DNA from: an uncultured Acidobacteriota bacterium
Lineage (GTDB): Bacteria; Acidobacteriota; UBA6911
Direction of reading: 5' to 3'
Assembly (NCBI GenBank): GCA_963809485.1
Contig: CAWEJX010000020.1
Coordinates: 64,001-128,000, forward strand
Length of the DNA stretch: 64,000 nt
Each line of letters starts with the position of its first letter. Within the stretch, counting starts at the first letter, position 1. Shown in pieces: positions 1 to 10,167 of the stretch. The translations under genes and the position numbers were made by a program. A model generated the notes under the pieces. That model saw nothing but the letters and a program-made list of their open reading frames with translations. It ran no database searches and was not told the DNA's origin.

Positions 1-44
1 CCAGGGGCCGTCAAACTCTGTGCTTCCAACATCAAAGCCGGGTA

Positions 45-881
45 TCATGGTTTGACGGCCTTTGCCGCGACAAAATATCCGGTCAGGCCTTTTGTGGGAA
101 GCCGCTCGGTGTGTTCCATCGCTTTGAGCAGGCTGACAAAACAAGCTTTCATCCGTTTCCGTTTTGTTTTGCCGATCAAGGAACCCGCCCATATGGCCAG
201 AATCCTTGGACTGTGAACTATCACCGTGCTGTCGGCCACCCTGAATCCTGCAGACTCGAGAGCATCAATCAGCTCGGGCCGCGACAGAGTCACGCCCATG
301 TAATAGGGGATGATCCCAAGCCGCCTGAGAAAGCGATAGGGCAAACGGTTCCTCACCCACACGACAGGGTTCCAGGGATTGTCCAGGGTGATAATAAGGA
401 CTCCGCCCGGCTTCAGAATTCTGTGCAACTCTGCCAGGCTCGCCAGCAGGTCGCCTCGTTGGGAGAAATGATCAAGAGTCGAATTGGACAGGATTTCGTC
501 GAAAACCTGGGCTTTGAAGGCCTGGCGCCTGGCATCGGAAACTGCAATAAGGTTTTGCGCTCTTCCCGTTTGCTTCAGCCTGCGACTGGCCGCCTGGGCT
601 GTTTCCAGAGAAACATCCGTTCCCACCATGCAGACGGATCCTTCTGCAAACAGAGAGAATAGATCATGCGCGCTTATGGCTTCATCATATAGATCGGTTT
701 TGAGCGTCCGTCCGACGCTGCCCGTTTTTCGCCATCGAGTCCCAAGCGCTCGATATACATCTTTAAGGTAAGCCCTCCAGAGATCCTCCCGATCGTTGTC
801 TTCGGATTGCGGCACAAGAAAATTCCAGTAGCCGTGAACGCCGGGCTTGGTTTCAGACTTGTTTTGCATGGAATCCGACAT
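45..881 (-). CDS. Class I SAM-dependent methyltransferase
   Basis: 278-aa ORF; FDEILSNSTLDHF and LHRILKPGGVLII motifs of type 11/25 methyltransferases; motif I is atypical (LKTDLYDEA); overlaps the upstream radical SAM gene. Confidence 0.8.
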   Translation of the reverse strand: MSDSMQNKSETKPGVHGYWNFLVPQSEDNDREDLWRAYLKDVYRALGTRWRKTGSVGRTLKTDLYDEAISAHDLFSLFAEGSVCMVGTDVSLETAQAASRRLKQTGRAQNLIAVSDARRQAFKAQVFDEILSNSTLDHFSQRGDLLASLAELHRILKPGGVLIITLDNPWNPVVWVRNRLPYRFLRRLGIIPYYMGVTLSRPELIDALESAGFRVADSTVIVHSPRILAIWAGSLIGKTKRKRMKACFVSLLKAMEHTERLPTKGLTGYFVAAKAVKP

Positions 882-1986
882 GCCTCAGCACGGGCGTGAA
901 AGGAGCAATCCACCGGAACAGGCGGTGGATCTGAATGCTATTTCGAATATGGCAGCAATAACCGCAAACGCAGCGATCGCTCATGCCCTCGAGACCCTTC
1001 CGCGTGGAGGAAGCTCTCCTGAATCTCCGATAGGATTCCCCGCTCCAGATCCGGGAAAAGCTTTTTTCGCTCAGGTTCCCCAGAGGCAGCTCGCACCTTC
1101 CGCAGGGGTAAATTGTGCCGTCCACCCGCACTCGCGAATGCACCCAGCCGACATAGCAGGGCAGCGCATCCCACACATTTTCGCCGATCCGGTATAATTG
1201 AAGTGCTACATTAATATTGTTATTCATTTCATGCTTGTATAAAGCTTTTTTTATACGATCAATCGAGGCGCATACCACGCTTTCCTCTTCCGCTGAAAGC
1301 TTATAAGAAGACCCATCTCCTTTCAGCGAGTGAACCGGGGCGACTGTGAGCTGGTTGCATCCGCCGCGTAAGGCCTGCTCCAGGGCGGTCTCCACCGTGC
1401 TGAAATTGTCGCGGCTGATGGGCCGGTGCAACCGCAAAGCGGGCAGGGAGCTTTTTCTTTGGGCCTTTAAATCCGTTACCAGGCTTAGGGATTCGATGAC
1501 TTTGTCAAAAAAATCCGCCCGGGTGCCCGGATAAAGCCTCGCATATTCCTCTTTGGAGCTTGCCCAGAGGCTGACGGTTAAAAGATCGAGCCGCATATCA
1601 ATAAGTTTGCAGATTATGTCCCTGGTGAGCAGCGTCCCGTTGGTGATTACGTTTAAAGAGAGGCCTGCCGATTTTGCGCAAGCAACGGCTTCCAGGAAAC
1701 GGGGGTAAAGCAGCGGGTCTCCTTCTCCTGCAAAGATGAGTTCGCGCGTACCGATTTGCTGCAGTTCGCGCAGCAGGTTTTTCAAAATATTAAAATCCAT
1801 ATCGGATATCCGGCTGGCAACCGGTGAGGGGAATTCCGAAAGGCAGGAATGATAGCGGCAGTGCAGGCAGCTGAGATTGCAGCGGCGCGTTAAATCCACG
1901 CTGACAAAAAACGGGCTCGTGTAGGCGCGTTCGCGCGTAATCAATCCTCTGAGCAGCCCGGCTTTTTCAATCCATGTAGTGCCCAC
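853..1986 (-). CDS. Radical SAM protein with C-terminal SPASM/twitch domain
   Basis: CNLSCLHC (CX3CX2C), GEGDPLL, ITNGTLL; C-terminal CYVGW...DGTIYPCGRC...LGNL...CVCGYCCH. Confidence 0.92.
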   Translation of the reverse strand: MGTTWIEKAGLLRGLITRERAYTSPFFVSVDLTRRCNLSCLHCRYHSCLSEFPSPVASRISDMDFNILKNLLRELQQIGTRELIFAGEGDPLLYPRFLEAVACAKSAGLSLNVITNGTLLTRDIICKLIDMRLDLLTVSLWASSKEEYARLYPGTRADFFDKVIESLSLVTDLKAQRKSSLPALRLHRPISRDNFSTVETALEQALRGGCNQLTVAPVHSLKGDGSSYKLSAEEESVVCASIDRIKKALYKHEMNNNINVALQLYRIGENVWDALPCYVGWVHSRVRVDGTIYPCGRCELPLGNLSEKSFSRIWSGESYRRFRRASSTRKGLEGMSDRCVCGYCCHIRNSIQIHRLFRWIAPFTPVLRHVGFHAKQV

Positions 1987-2016
1987 GCGTTACGCTCTCC
2001 GCATCACGCCCGAAGC

Positions 2017-3492
2017 CTAGTCCTGCCTTCCATAAAGCCCGAACGCCCGTACCAATTTTGACTCGATGGGCAGGCGTGCATCGAGATGCTTTATCCTGTA
2101 TCGGGCCAGGGGGTAATAGAGCCTGGATAAACCCACGACGACAGGATTGGTTTTTTTGTAGGGAGCCACGAAGTGTTTTTTGCCCAGAAACATCAGAGGG
2201 AAATCCAGCCCCTGCACCAGCTTCCGCATCTCCGGCGCAAGCCAGGTGTATGGCTCAGGCACGTTGCGGTAATTGAAGTGAACCCATTCCTCCAGGCAAC
2301 GGGGTTCCCTCAGCCCCAGCTCGACACACTTCGTGTAGAGTTCCGTTCCCGGGTAAGGAGTATATATATTGAATGTCTTGACCGCCTGCGGATTTTCATC
2401 CGTGAGGCGGATAGCCAGGCGGACGCTTTCGGCGAACTCGTCGGGCGTTTCGGTGGGAAGCCCCATCATAAAAAGATAGAGCGGAACAATCGGATAGGAT
2501 GCCAGTATGCGGTTGGCCCTGACGATCTGCTCGACCGTTTCGCCTTTTTTCAGCAACTGAAGGACGCGCTCATTGCCGGATTCCACTCCCATGGTCATTC
2601 TTTTGACCCCTGCCCTGACGAGCAGCCGGAAAAAATCCCGGTCCATTTGACAGGCGGAATCCGCGCGGATCTGCAGCTTGGCGATACTGATTCGAAGGTC
2701 CTCCCTGACGATGCCTTCAAGGATGGCGTGAGCCCTGTCCAGGTCGACAAAAAAGTTGTCGTCGGCAAACAGGAAACCCCTTATCCCGTAATCCCGGATG
2801 ATGCGCTTCATGTGCTCCAGAACCGTTCCCGGTTTCAGGGTGCGCCATTTGCGTTGGTTCATGGCCGGTTCCCAGCAGAACGCACAGTGAAACGGGCATC
2901 CACGGCTCGAAGTAAAACTCACATAATCCATGCCGAAAAGCCGTCTCCTGTATCGGTCCATGTCGACCAGGCTGTACGCAAGAGGAGGTTGCCCGTCATA
3001 GTCTATAAAGGGGCGATTCCCCGTAAAGCAGGCTTTTCCATTTTCCCGGTGCCATAGGCCAGGGACCCGGCTGAGAGGCGCGCCTGTCTCCAGAGCGTTG
3101 ACAAGTTCTTCGAACGTGGCCTCTCCCTCGCCGGCCACGACTATGTCCACCAGCGGATTTTCGAGCGTTTGTTCCGGAAGCAGCGTGGGGTGAATTCCGC
3201 CCCAGACAATAGGAACATCCGGGTGCAGCCTTCGGACCAGCCGGCATCCCTCGAGCGCGCGCAGGATCTGCGGCCCGGTCATACAGGTCACGCCGAAACA
3301 GATCGGCTTTTCCTTCACCGCTTCCAGGAGTTCCTTTTTCCAGCCCGAAGAGGCGAATCCATCGATGATCCGGACCTTATATCCCCGTTGGACTAACCCT
3401 GTGGCGACGCACAGCAAGCCCAACGGCAGTTCGACACGCCTTTGAACCTGCCAGCCGCTGCGCGGCGCTGGATTAAACAGCACAACCTTCAT
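2017..3492 (-). CDS. B12-binding radical SAM protein (class B methyltransferase-like)
   Basis: Start placed at MKVVLFNP (3492); PLGLLCVA, WGGIHPT and GEGE cobalamin-domain motifs; SRGCPFHCAFC; GVESG; PYPGT. Confidence 0.92.
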   Translation of the reverse strand: MKVVLFNPAPRSGWQVQRRVELPLGLLCVATGLVQRGYKVRIIDGFASSGWKKELLEAVKEKPICFGVTCMTGPQILRALEGCRLVRRLHPDVPIVWGGIHPTLLPEQTLENPLVDIVVAGEGEATFEELVNALETGAPLSRVPGLWHRENGKACFTGNRPFIDYDGQPPLAYSLVDMDRYRRRLFGMDYVSFTSSRGCPFHCAFCWEPAMNQRKWRTLKPGTVLEHMKRIIRDYGIRGFLFADDNFFVDLDRAHAILEGIVREDLRISIAKLQIRADSACQMDRDFFRLLVRAGVKRMTMGVESGNERVLQLLKKGETVEQIVRANRILASYPIVPLYLFMMGLPTETPDEFAESVRLAIRLTDENPQAVKTFNIYTPYPGTELYTKCVELGLREPRCLEEWVHFNYRNVPEPYTWLAPEMRKLVQGLDFPLMFLGKKHFVAPYKKTNPVVVGLSRLYYPLARYRIKHLDARLPIESKLVRAFGLYGRQD

Positions 3493-3502
3493 TACAATTC
3501 CT

Positions 3503-4459
3503 TCAATGAGTGACTTTTCTTTCCAATCCGACCAGGGATGGATCAAAGGCTTCGAACAGCTTCGGGATATCCAGATGTGCGGGGGATTTATGGGTGGCAA
3601 CAAACTCCCCAACTACCGGGGCCAGTTTCGATACCGGGATCCCGCTTTCCCGCTCGACGGCCTGTGACAGTTCTTTCAGTGTGCCAAGATCAATCCCCGT
3701 CTCCATGCCTTGCAGATGAAGCGCCATCACAACCTGCTCCAGGGAGGCATTCCCCGCCCTGTCTCCCAGGCCGTTTACGGTCACATCCACGCCGTCGGCG
3801 CCGGCTCGCACTGCAGCGACGGAATTGGCTGTGGCCATCCCAAGATCGTTGTGGGCATGAAAGAAGATGGGAACATCGACACACTCTCTTAGGCGACGGA
3901 TGAGGCTGTAAACGCCGAAGGGGTCCATGCCGCCATGAGTGTCATAAATAAAAATCCTCGCGGCGCCCCGACGTGCACTTTCCCGGCATATATCCAGCAA
4001 AAATTCCGGGGCGGCCTGCGTGGAATGCGGGAATCCCACACCAACATTGGGGCAGTACTCCCGGGAATAACTCAGAGCGTCCAGCAGGACCTCTTTTTTG
4101 GTCTCTCGATCATAGGGTTTTCTTTGTTCCGAAACCGGCATCAGAACGTCGAATCGATCCAGGCACTCGCGGGCGGCCTTTACCTCTTCCCTGCAGCGGG
4201 GGCTGGAGGCGAAAATCAAACCGGAAGCCTTGATTCGCAGGTTTTCAGCTTTCAGGCCGCGGGCAAATTCCAGGTCCTGGAAAACTCTGCCAGGCGCCAC
4301 AATCTCAATCTCCGGCACCATGGACCGGTCGAGCAGTTTCGCTATTTTGACTCTCTGTCCGGATGAAAAAGCGACACTGGGAACGTCCAATCCTTCCCGC
4401 AGAGTCGAGTCCCGTATAGCGACTTTTCGAGCTTCAGTGGCCCAAGTTTCACGCACCAT
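3503..4459 (-). CDS. DRE-TIM metallolyase, homocitrate/isopropylmalate synthase-like, catalytic domain only
   Basis: DSTLREG (cf. DTTLRDG), HAHNDLGMATAN, NGLGDRAGNASLE; 318 aa with no LeuA regulatory domain. Confidence 0.85.
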   Translation of the reverse strand: MVRETWATEARKVAIRDSTLREGLDVPSVAFSSGQRVKIAKLLDRSMVPEIEIVAPGRVFQDLEFARGLKAENLRIKASGLIFASSPRCREEVKAARECLDRFDVLMPVSEQRKPYDRETKKEVLLDALSYSREYCPNVGVGFPHSTQAAPEFLLDICRESARRGAARIFIYDTHGGMDPFGVYSLIRRLRECVDVPIFFHAHNDLGMATANSVAAVRAGADGVDVTVNGLGDRAGNASLEQVVMALHLQGMETGIDLGTLKELSQAVERESGIPVSKLAPVVGEFVATHKSPAHLDIPKLFEAFDPSLVGLERKVTH

Positions 4460-5666
4460 AAATCATCCCGTGGCAATCCTGCACCAGCTTGTCAGGGTTT
4501 GACACACGATACTCCGGTTTGGCATTCCCATCCGCCACCCTTGTGCCGCTTGTCAGGCAGCACAAGATCCTGCTCCCACGCGAAATTCTGCCGCCGGCTA
4601 TTTGCTTGAATGCCCCCGCGAGCGAAATCAAGCCGGTTTTTTCGACCACGTCCCCGTTGCGGGTTCCAATGTGAACCCCGTTCTCCGCAAGCAAATCCAG
4701 AAGGCTTTTCCCGTTGGCTTCATAGTCGAGCAGACCGGAGAATTCAGGATGATTAATGGTTGTTAAATCCCCTCCCGTAGCCGTCAGCAGCCGTTTTAAG
4801 TCTTCGAAGGTGCCGTAGGTCTGCGGGGTAACGTCGTACATAACTCGGGTCAGAAGCTTCCCGCGGACATCGGGAGGGGGCGAGCCCGGGTCCAGGTTCC
4901 CGCCGCCGGATTTCCAGGCCCTGTACATCGGGCTGTTGGCCTCCTGCTGGACCCCCAGGAATCTTGGGACTGCGCCGCTGCTCGATTTGAAGCCGTCGAG
5001 AACGCTGTATATGCCTATCGGGCCGAAAGCCGCGCTGATGGTTTGGACAATCCAGTCAAAGTCCCCGTTTTGCGTGGAATGCTCCAGGATAAAACAGCCC
5101 CTGAACCTGGAGGCTTCGTATCGCCAGGCAACTTCGGGAATATGCTGAATCCCGTTCAGTCTTTGAAACAAATACGCGGACTTTTTCACCCATCCGGCTT
5201 CGGCCACCGATAAGAGGTGCGCCCTGCCGGACTCAAAAGCCTTGCTGTCGAGAAGAGAAAGATTTTCTTCCGGGACAAAAAGAAAGGTCTCCAGACCGGC
5301 TCTTCCGCAATATTCGGTCAGGGCTGCGCCGGTGTTCCCTCCGGACTCGAAGACAACCCGCCGATACCCTCTCAGCTTGCACTTTGCCGCGGAAATGCAG
5401 CCGTCGATCGACTTCAGCGTGCCGGTATGCATCAACGAGGACTCGTCCAGGATATGGATATCGACGCCCCGGTATGTGAGCAGGCGGAATATCCTTACGC
5501 CTTCCCTAATGCTGGTTTCGAGGAGTGTTTTTTTGTATACGGCATCTTCATCGGCAGAGCCGAAGGTGAAGGCATTTCTGTACCGGCACACGACGCTTCG
5601 TTCGGGGTCGTATACGGGGTCGATGAAATCAAACAGATTCCGCTTATCTCTTTCCAAAACATTCAT
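4449..5666 (-). CDS. PLP-dependent fold-type II enzyme (divergent threonine synthase-like)
   Basis: HTGTLKS (cf. PTGSFKD, PLP lysine), ESGGNTGAAL (cf. ASTGNT), LGVQ, CCLTS near the C-terminus. Confidence 0.75.
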   Translation of the reverse strand: MNVLERDKRNLFDFIDPVYDPERSVVCRYRNAFTFGSADEDAVYKKTLLETSIREGVRIFRLLTYRGVDIHILDESSLMHTGTLKSIDGCISAAKCKLRGYRRVVFESGGNTGAALTEYCGRAGLETFLFVPEENLSLLDSKAFESGRAHLLSVAEAGWVKKSAYLFQRLNGIQHIPEVAWRYEASRFRGCFILEHSTQNGDFDWIVQTISAAFGPIGIYSVLDGFKSSSGAVPRFLGVQQEANSPMYRAWKSGGGNLDPGSPPPDVRGKLLTRVMYDVTPQTYGTFEDLKRLLTATGGDLTTINHPEFSGLLDYEANGKSLLDLLAENGVHIGTRNGDVVEKTGLISLAGAFKQIAGGRISRGSRILCCLTSGTRVADGNAKPEYRVSNPDKLVQDCHGMIYGA

Positions 5667-6195
5667 AGGAAACAAGTCCGTGTATGGATTTCATGTTTTT
5701 GGGTTCCGGAGTCTCGTCCGGATAGCCCAGGGGCAGGATCGATATGGGATCGATGTGCGGCGGAATTGCCAAAATCCGCCGGATCTCGCCGGAGACGCCC
5801 GGCTCATCCGCCCTGTAGGCTGACATATAGACACTGCCCAATCCCCTGGCATACGCGGCCAGAAGCAGGTTCGCCGCGGCAAGAACACCATTTTCGATTT
5901 CCCGGTCGTATGATTTCTCCCTGTCGACACAGATCACCACGATCGCCGAGGCGTTCAGAAGGAAATCAGCCCTGTATTCCTTTTTCTCGATGGGGCAGTA
6001 TTTGTTTTTGATCTGCACGAGCTTTGTTTTTGTTGCGTCGTCCCGGATAACCATGAAGGTCCAGGGCTGGCCGTTCATCGACGACGGGGCATATCTTGCC
6101 AGATCCAGGATCTCTTCAATAAGCGAATCTTCCACGCGTCTGTTCTTGTATTTCCGTATGGACCTTCTGCCCTTCACGGCCTCGTCAAATTCCAT
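5644..6195 (-). CDS. Nitroreductase family protein
   Basis: RRSIRKY, APSSMNGQPW, LLAAYARGLGSV, LGYP. Confidence 0.93.
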   Translation of the reverse strand: MEFDEAVKGRRSIRKYKNRRVEDSLIEEILDLARYAPSSMNGQPWTFMVIRDDATKTKLVQIKNKYCPIEKKEYRADFLLNASAIVVICVDREKSYDREIENGVLAAANLLLAAYARGLGSVYMSAYRADEPGVSGEIRRILAIPPHIDPISILPLGYPDETPEPKNMKSIHGLVSYECFGKR

Positions 6196-6219
6196 CAGTG
6201 CACCTCACGCCGGATCCTG

Positions 6220-7434
6220 TCAAATCCCGCCTTCAATTCGCTTTTGAAAATATTTCACGGCCAGCTTTCCCACCAGGGCTGAAGGAATCATTCCATTTCT
6301 GTAGAGCTCCAGCCCGAGTGAAAATGTCCGGCTCCGGAGCGAGCGCTTTTCGGCGGCGCTTTTCACACGCCTCCATCTTTCCGCCGCAATTCGCTCGGCG
6401 TGATCCCGTATGTGGATGCCTTGCCTGCCGGCCTCCCGTATGAGAGCGGAAACCTGCCTCGAAAAGCTTTTATCCATGAATTCGGCTATGTCCCGGGGCC
6501 GGATCCCGGCGAATTCCATGGTGCCCCCCAGCACCCCGCCCGAGTTGGCGACAAAATCCGGGATGCAGAGTATGCCTCGCTGCCAGAGAGACCTCTCCGC
6601 TTCTTTGGTTATGGGGGCATTCGCCCCGCAGCTGATCAAATTCGCTTTGATGGAGGGGGCATTGCCGGACTGAATGCTGTGGTGTCTGGCGCAGGGGAGC
6701 AGGATATCGACATCAAGCTCCAGGAGCGCTTCTCTCGGGATTTTCCTCGGTCCATCATAAAAATCAACCAGCCGGCTGCCATATTGGCGATAGCACTGGA
6801 GAAGCCTTGCCACGTCGAGTCCCTCTGCGGCATAAAGCGCTCCGTTGTATGTGGATATTGCGACCACCCTGCTTCCCAGCCGGCTGAGTCCTTCCGCGAC
6901 GGCGCTTCCCACAGAGCCAAAGCCCTCGATCGCGACGGCGGCTTTCGCCAGGTCCAAATCCCGGTGCTCAGCCGCCGTTTTTGCGCTGGCAACAACCGTC
7001 AGACTTGTATACCACCCCGACAGCGCTCCCCTCAAAGCTTTGGCCGGCACGCGGATCCCGACGCTTTGCATCATTTCGCGGATTTCCTTCCCGGTTGTGC
7101 CCATGTCGGCCCCCGGGAGGTATGCACGCTGCTCGAGAAGATCTTTGATGTTCCGCGCGAATGCGGTCAGCAGTTTTGCCTTATCCGCTTTCCTTCTCTC
7201 TTCGTCGTATACGATGCCCGCCTTGGCGCCGCCATGCGGAAGCCCCAGAAAGGCGTGCTTCAGTGTCATAGCTTGGGCCAGTTCGGCCAGTTCCGGAGCT
7301 GAGACGTCGGGAAGCATCCTCAGCCCGCCGCAGTAGTGATTGTCAACGATGGAATCGACGGCAAGCCAACTCGTAAGGCCGGCCTTAGCGTCCGATACCT
7401 CTATTACTACCGGTGGTTGCACCGCAGACGTCAT
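6220..7434 (-). CDS. Glu/Leu/Phe/Val dehydrogenase
   Basis: GGLRM, MTLK, GGAKAGI, GADMGT, EGFGSVG, GANAP, PDFVANSGGV. Confidence 0.92.
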   Translation of the reverse strand: MTSAVQPPVVIEVSDAKAGLTSWLAVDSIVDNHYCGGLRMLPDVSAPELAELAQAMTLKHAFLGLPHGGAKAGIVYDEERRKADKAKLLTAFARNIKDLLEQRAYLPGADMGTTGKEIREMMQSVGIRVPAKALRGALSGWYTSLTVVASAKTAAEHRDLDLAKAAVAIEGFGSVGSAVAEGLSRLGSRVVAISTYNGALYAAEGLDVARLLQCYRQYGSRLVDFYDGPRKIPREALLELDVDILLPCARHHSIQSGNAPSIKANLISCGANAPITKEAERSLWQRGILCIPDFVANSGGVLGGTMEFAGIRPRDIAEFMDKSFSRQVSALIREAGRQGIHIRDHAERIAAERWRRVKSAAEKRSLRSRTFSLGLELYRNGMIPSALVGKLAVKYFQKRIEGGI

Positions 7435-7737
7435 AAAGTGATTCCCGGGAAGGGCGCCGTCATCATGCGCCTATAAGCCGCTGTGATCACCGCAGTCCTA
7501 TTCTGCAGAGAGTCGGAGTATAGGCAATAAGCAATTGCAGGTCAATTGGCAGTACCATATATTTAGGGCCTGCCCATCTTGGCACAAAGCCGGTTATAAC
7601 CATGCCGATGCTGCGACCATTGGCGGCAACCGCTATTCTCGTAAATATGGGGCGGAAACCTTTGAAAATCTTCACCTACTGTTCCGCGCAAACAGGTGGT
7701 ATATTGAGCCCTCCCGGCCATGCCGGGGAGCCGGAGG

Positions 7738-9708
7738 ATGGCTTTTTTGTTCTATTCAACCCGCTCAAAACTCATTGTCAGTTTCCTCGCAGTTTCACTG
7801 CTGGTATGCGGGGTAGCGCTTCTGGTTGGCGGCCAGCTTCTCTACAAGGCGTTTCTAAATGAAGCCTACAATCGAATCGGCCTGGAATTAAATGCCGGAC
7901 GCGAGATTTACGCTTCCCGTATTCTTGGAGTCCGTCAGGCCCTGGGTGTTACGCAATCGGCGGCCGAATTCCGCGCAGCGCTTGCGAGGCAGGATCCGTC
8001 CGGGATCGTGCCGCTTCTAAGGGACGTTGCCGGCCAAACCCGGATGGATTTTGCCGGGATCGTCACAAAGGACAGCCGGACACTGTGCCGGATGGGACCC
8101 AATGCAATTCCAAAGGCCGCAAGCCCTCCCAACCCAATCGCGGACCTGGTACTCAAAAAACATGTGCCCGTCTCAGGAACTATGGTGCTGGATCCGGAAT
8201 TTCTCTTTGCCGAAGATCCCGCGCTCGCCGATCGGGCCAGGATCAAAATGAAACCCACCGAGGGGGCAGGCACACGCGAGAGCGCCGAGCAACTCTCCGG
8301 CATGGCCCTGGCTGCAGCGGTCCCGGTTTTTGAAAATGGCGCCTTTCTGGGAGTTCTCTACGGCGGGGTTTTACTCAACCGAAACGAAGAGATCGTGGAC
8401 AGGATCTGCGACACGCTCTTCCGGCATGAGATTTACAGCAATCGCCGCGTCGGCATGGCTTCCATTTTTTTAAAAGACACCCGCATTTCCACCGATATTG
8501 TTTTTACGGACGGAGGCCGGGCGATCGGAGCCGTGGCATCCGGCGATGTTGCAGAGCGGGTTCTCACGCAGGGGAAGCAATGGATCGACAGGGCTTTTGT
8601 GGTGAATGACTGGTATATAACCGCCAGCGAACCCATCGAGGATATCCTCGGCCGGAGAGTTGGGATGCTTTGTGTGGGTGTGCTGGAGGCCAAGTACGCC
8701 GATGTCCGTCGTAAGGCGCTCTCGATCTTTATTTTGATCACTTTGGCGGGCATGGCCCTTGCGCTTGGCCTGGGCTATATCATCGCGGACAGGATCAGCC
8801 AACCGGTGCGCCAGCTCATCGACGCAAGCGTTCAGGTATCGCGGGGGAACCTCTCGCCCGATACCGGCAGCATCTCCAAAGGGGAGATCGGGGTTCTACA
8901 AAAAACCTTCCATCAGATGCTTACGTCCATTCAGGAAAGGGACAAACGCCAGAAAGCTGAGAGCGAGACCAAGCTGCTCCAGTCGGAAAAGCAGGCCAGC
9001 ATCGGCAAGCTCGCCGGCGGAGTGGCCCACGAAATCAACAATCCGCTCACCGGAGTGGTCACATTCACTCACATGCTGCTGAAGCGCAAGGATCTCCCCG
9101 AAGATGTCCGATCAGATCTGGAGACCATCGCTCAGGAAACGGAGCGCGTGCGAAAGATCGTAAAAGGCCTGCTGGATTTCTCCCGTCAGTCCCAGCTGGA
9201 TCCGGAGCCCACGGACATCAACCGGCTGATCCGCCACACAATCTCGCTCGTTGAAAACCAGGCCCTGATCAAGGGTGTCACGCTTTCCTTCGAGCATGCG
9301 GATGGGCTTCCCATGATTACGGTCGACAGGAATCAGATGCAGAGCGTCTTCCTCAACATCATCATAAATGCCCTGGACGCGACAGACACCGGCGGCAGCA
9401 TAAAAATCTCGACGTCGGCTAAAATGAGGATGGCGGCCGGGAAAGCCGGCCAGAAGGGCATCGAGATTGCGATAACCGATACAGGCTGCGGTATCCCGCC
9501 CGAGATTATGGATAAGCTGTTCGATCCGTTCTTTACCACCAAGGACGTTGGCCGGGGAACGGGTCTTGGATTATCCGTTTCGCACGGGATCGTGGAACGT
9601 CACGGCGGAACGATTTTAGTTCAAAGCAAGCCGCAAAGCGGCAGCACCTTTTTCGTCTGGCTTCCCAGCGACGAACAGGTATTGGGAAATGAAAATACTA
9701 ATAGTTGA
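7738..9708 (+). CDS. Sensor histidine kinase (TM, Cache-type periplasmic domain, HAMP, HisKA, HATPase)
   Basis: Two TM segments; VAHEINNPL H-box; N-box NALDA; DTGCGI, FDPFFTTK, GTGLGL. Confidence 0.95.
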   Translation: MAFLFYSTRSKLIVSFLAVSLLVCGVALLVGGQLLYKAFLNEAYNRIGLELNAGREIYASRILGVRQALGVTQSAAEFRAALARQDPSGIVPLLRDVAGQTRMDFAGIVTKDSRTLCRMGPNAIPKAASPPNPIADLVLKKHVPVSGTMVLDPEFLFAEDPALADRARIKMKPTEGAGTRESAEQLSGMALAAAVPVFENGAFLGVLYGGVLLNRNEEIVDRICDTLFRHEIYSNRRVGMASIFLKDTRISTDIVFTDGGRAIGAVASGDVAERVLTQGKQWIDRAFVVNDWYITASEPIEDILGRRVGMLCVGVLEAKYADVRRKALSIFILITLAGMALALGLGYIIADRISQPVRQLIDASVQVSRGNLSPDTGSISKGEIGVLQKTFHQMLTSIQERDKRQKAESETKLLQSEKQASIGKLAGGVAHEINNPLTGVVTFTHMLLKRKDLPEDVRSDLETIAQETERVRKIVKGLLDFSRQSQLDPEPTDINRLIRHTISLVENQALIKGVTLSFEHADGLPMITVDRNQMQSVFLNIIINALDATDTGGSIKISTSAKMRMAAGKAGQKGIEIAITDTGCGIPPEIMDKLFDPFFTTKDVGRGTGLGLSVSHGIVERHGGTILVQSKPQSGSTFFVWLPSDEQVLGNENTNS

Positions 9709-10090
9709 TGACGATGCCATCGTGATCCGGAGCTGCACGCGGATCCTCCAAGAGCGGCAATTTGAAATCACCTGCGTCGCCAGCGCCGATGATGCGCTGG
9801 AATCCGCAAAGAAAACCTCATTCGACCTGTTGCTCATCGATGTGGTAATGCCCCGGCATAACGGCATGTACCTGCTGACGGAGTTTAAAAAGATATCGCC
9901 GCACACACCGGTTATCGTGATGAGCGGGTATTCGACGCCTGAGACAATTTCGGAAATGTTCAGGTTGGGAGCCGACAAATTCGTCCCGAAACCTTTCAGG
10001 CCGGATGAGTTGTTGAAAACGATTCGGCAGGTATTGCAAAAGCGGCGAAGCAGCAAATCCATGCCTGAAACGGAATCCCGGGAATCCTGA
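9689..10090 (+). CDS. Single-domain response regulator
   Basis: ILIVDDD, IDVVMP, MSG, KPF; overlaps the kinase stop. Confidence 0.92.
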   Translation: MKILIVDDDAIVIRSCTRILQERQFEITCVASADDALESAKKTSFDLLLIDVVMPRHNGMYLLTEFKKISPHTPVIVMSGYSTPETISEMFRLGADKFVPKPFRPDELLKTIRQVLQKRRSSKSMPETESRES

Positions 10091-10167
10091 ATTCCCGTGC
10101 ACAGGATTCTGAAACGCAAAGGAAACCGGACCCGGAAATCGGATCACAGTTTGGGGGAGAGAGCCTG

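Noticed and set aside
853-3492. Radical SAM/SPASM enzymes as maturases for the Trp-containing micro-peptides
   Set aside because: They lie more than 20 kb away in a separate operon, show no obvious RRE domain and are separated by housekeeping genes; the link is unsupported.
7579-7596. TTGGCAC as a sigma54 -24 box upstream of the histidine kinase
   Set aside because: The -12 position reads GT instead of GC.
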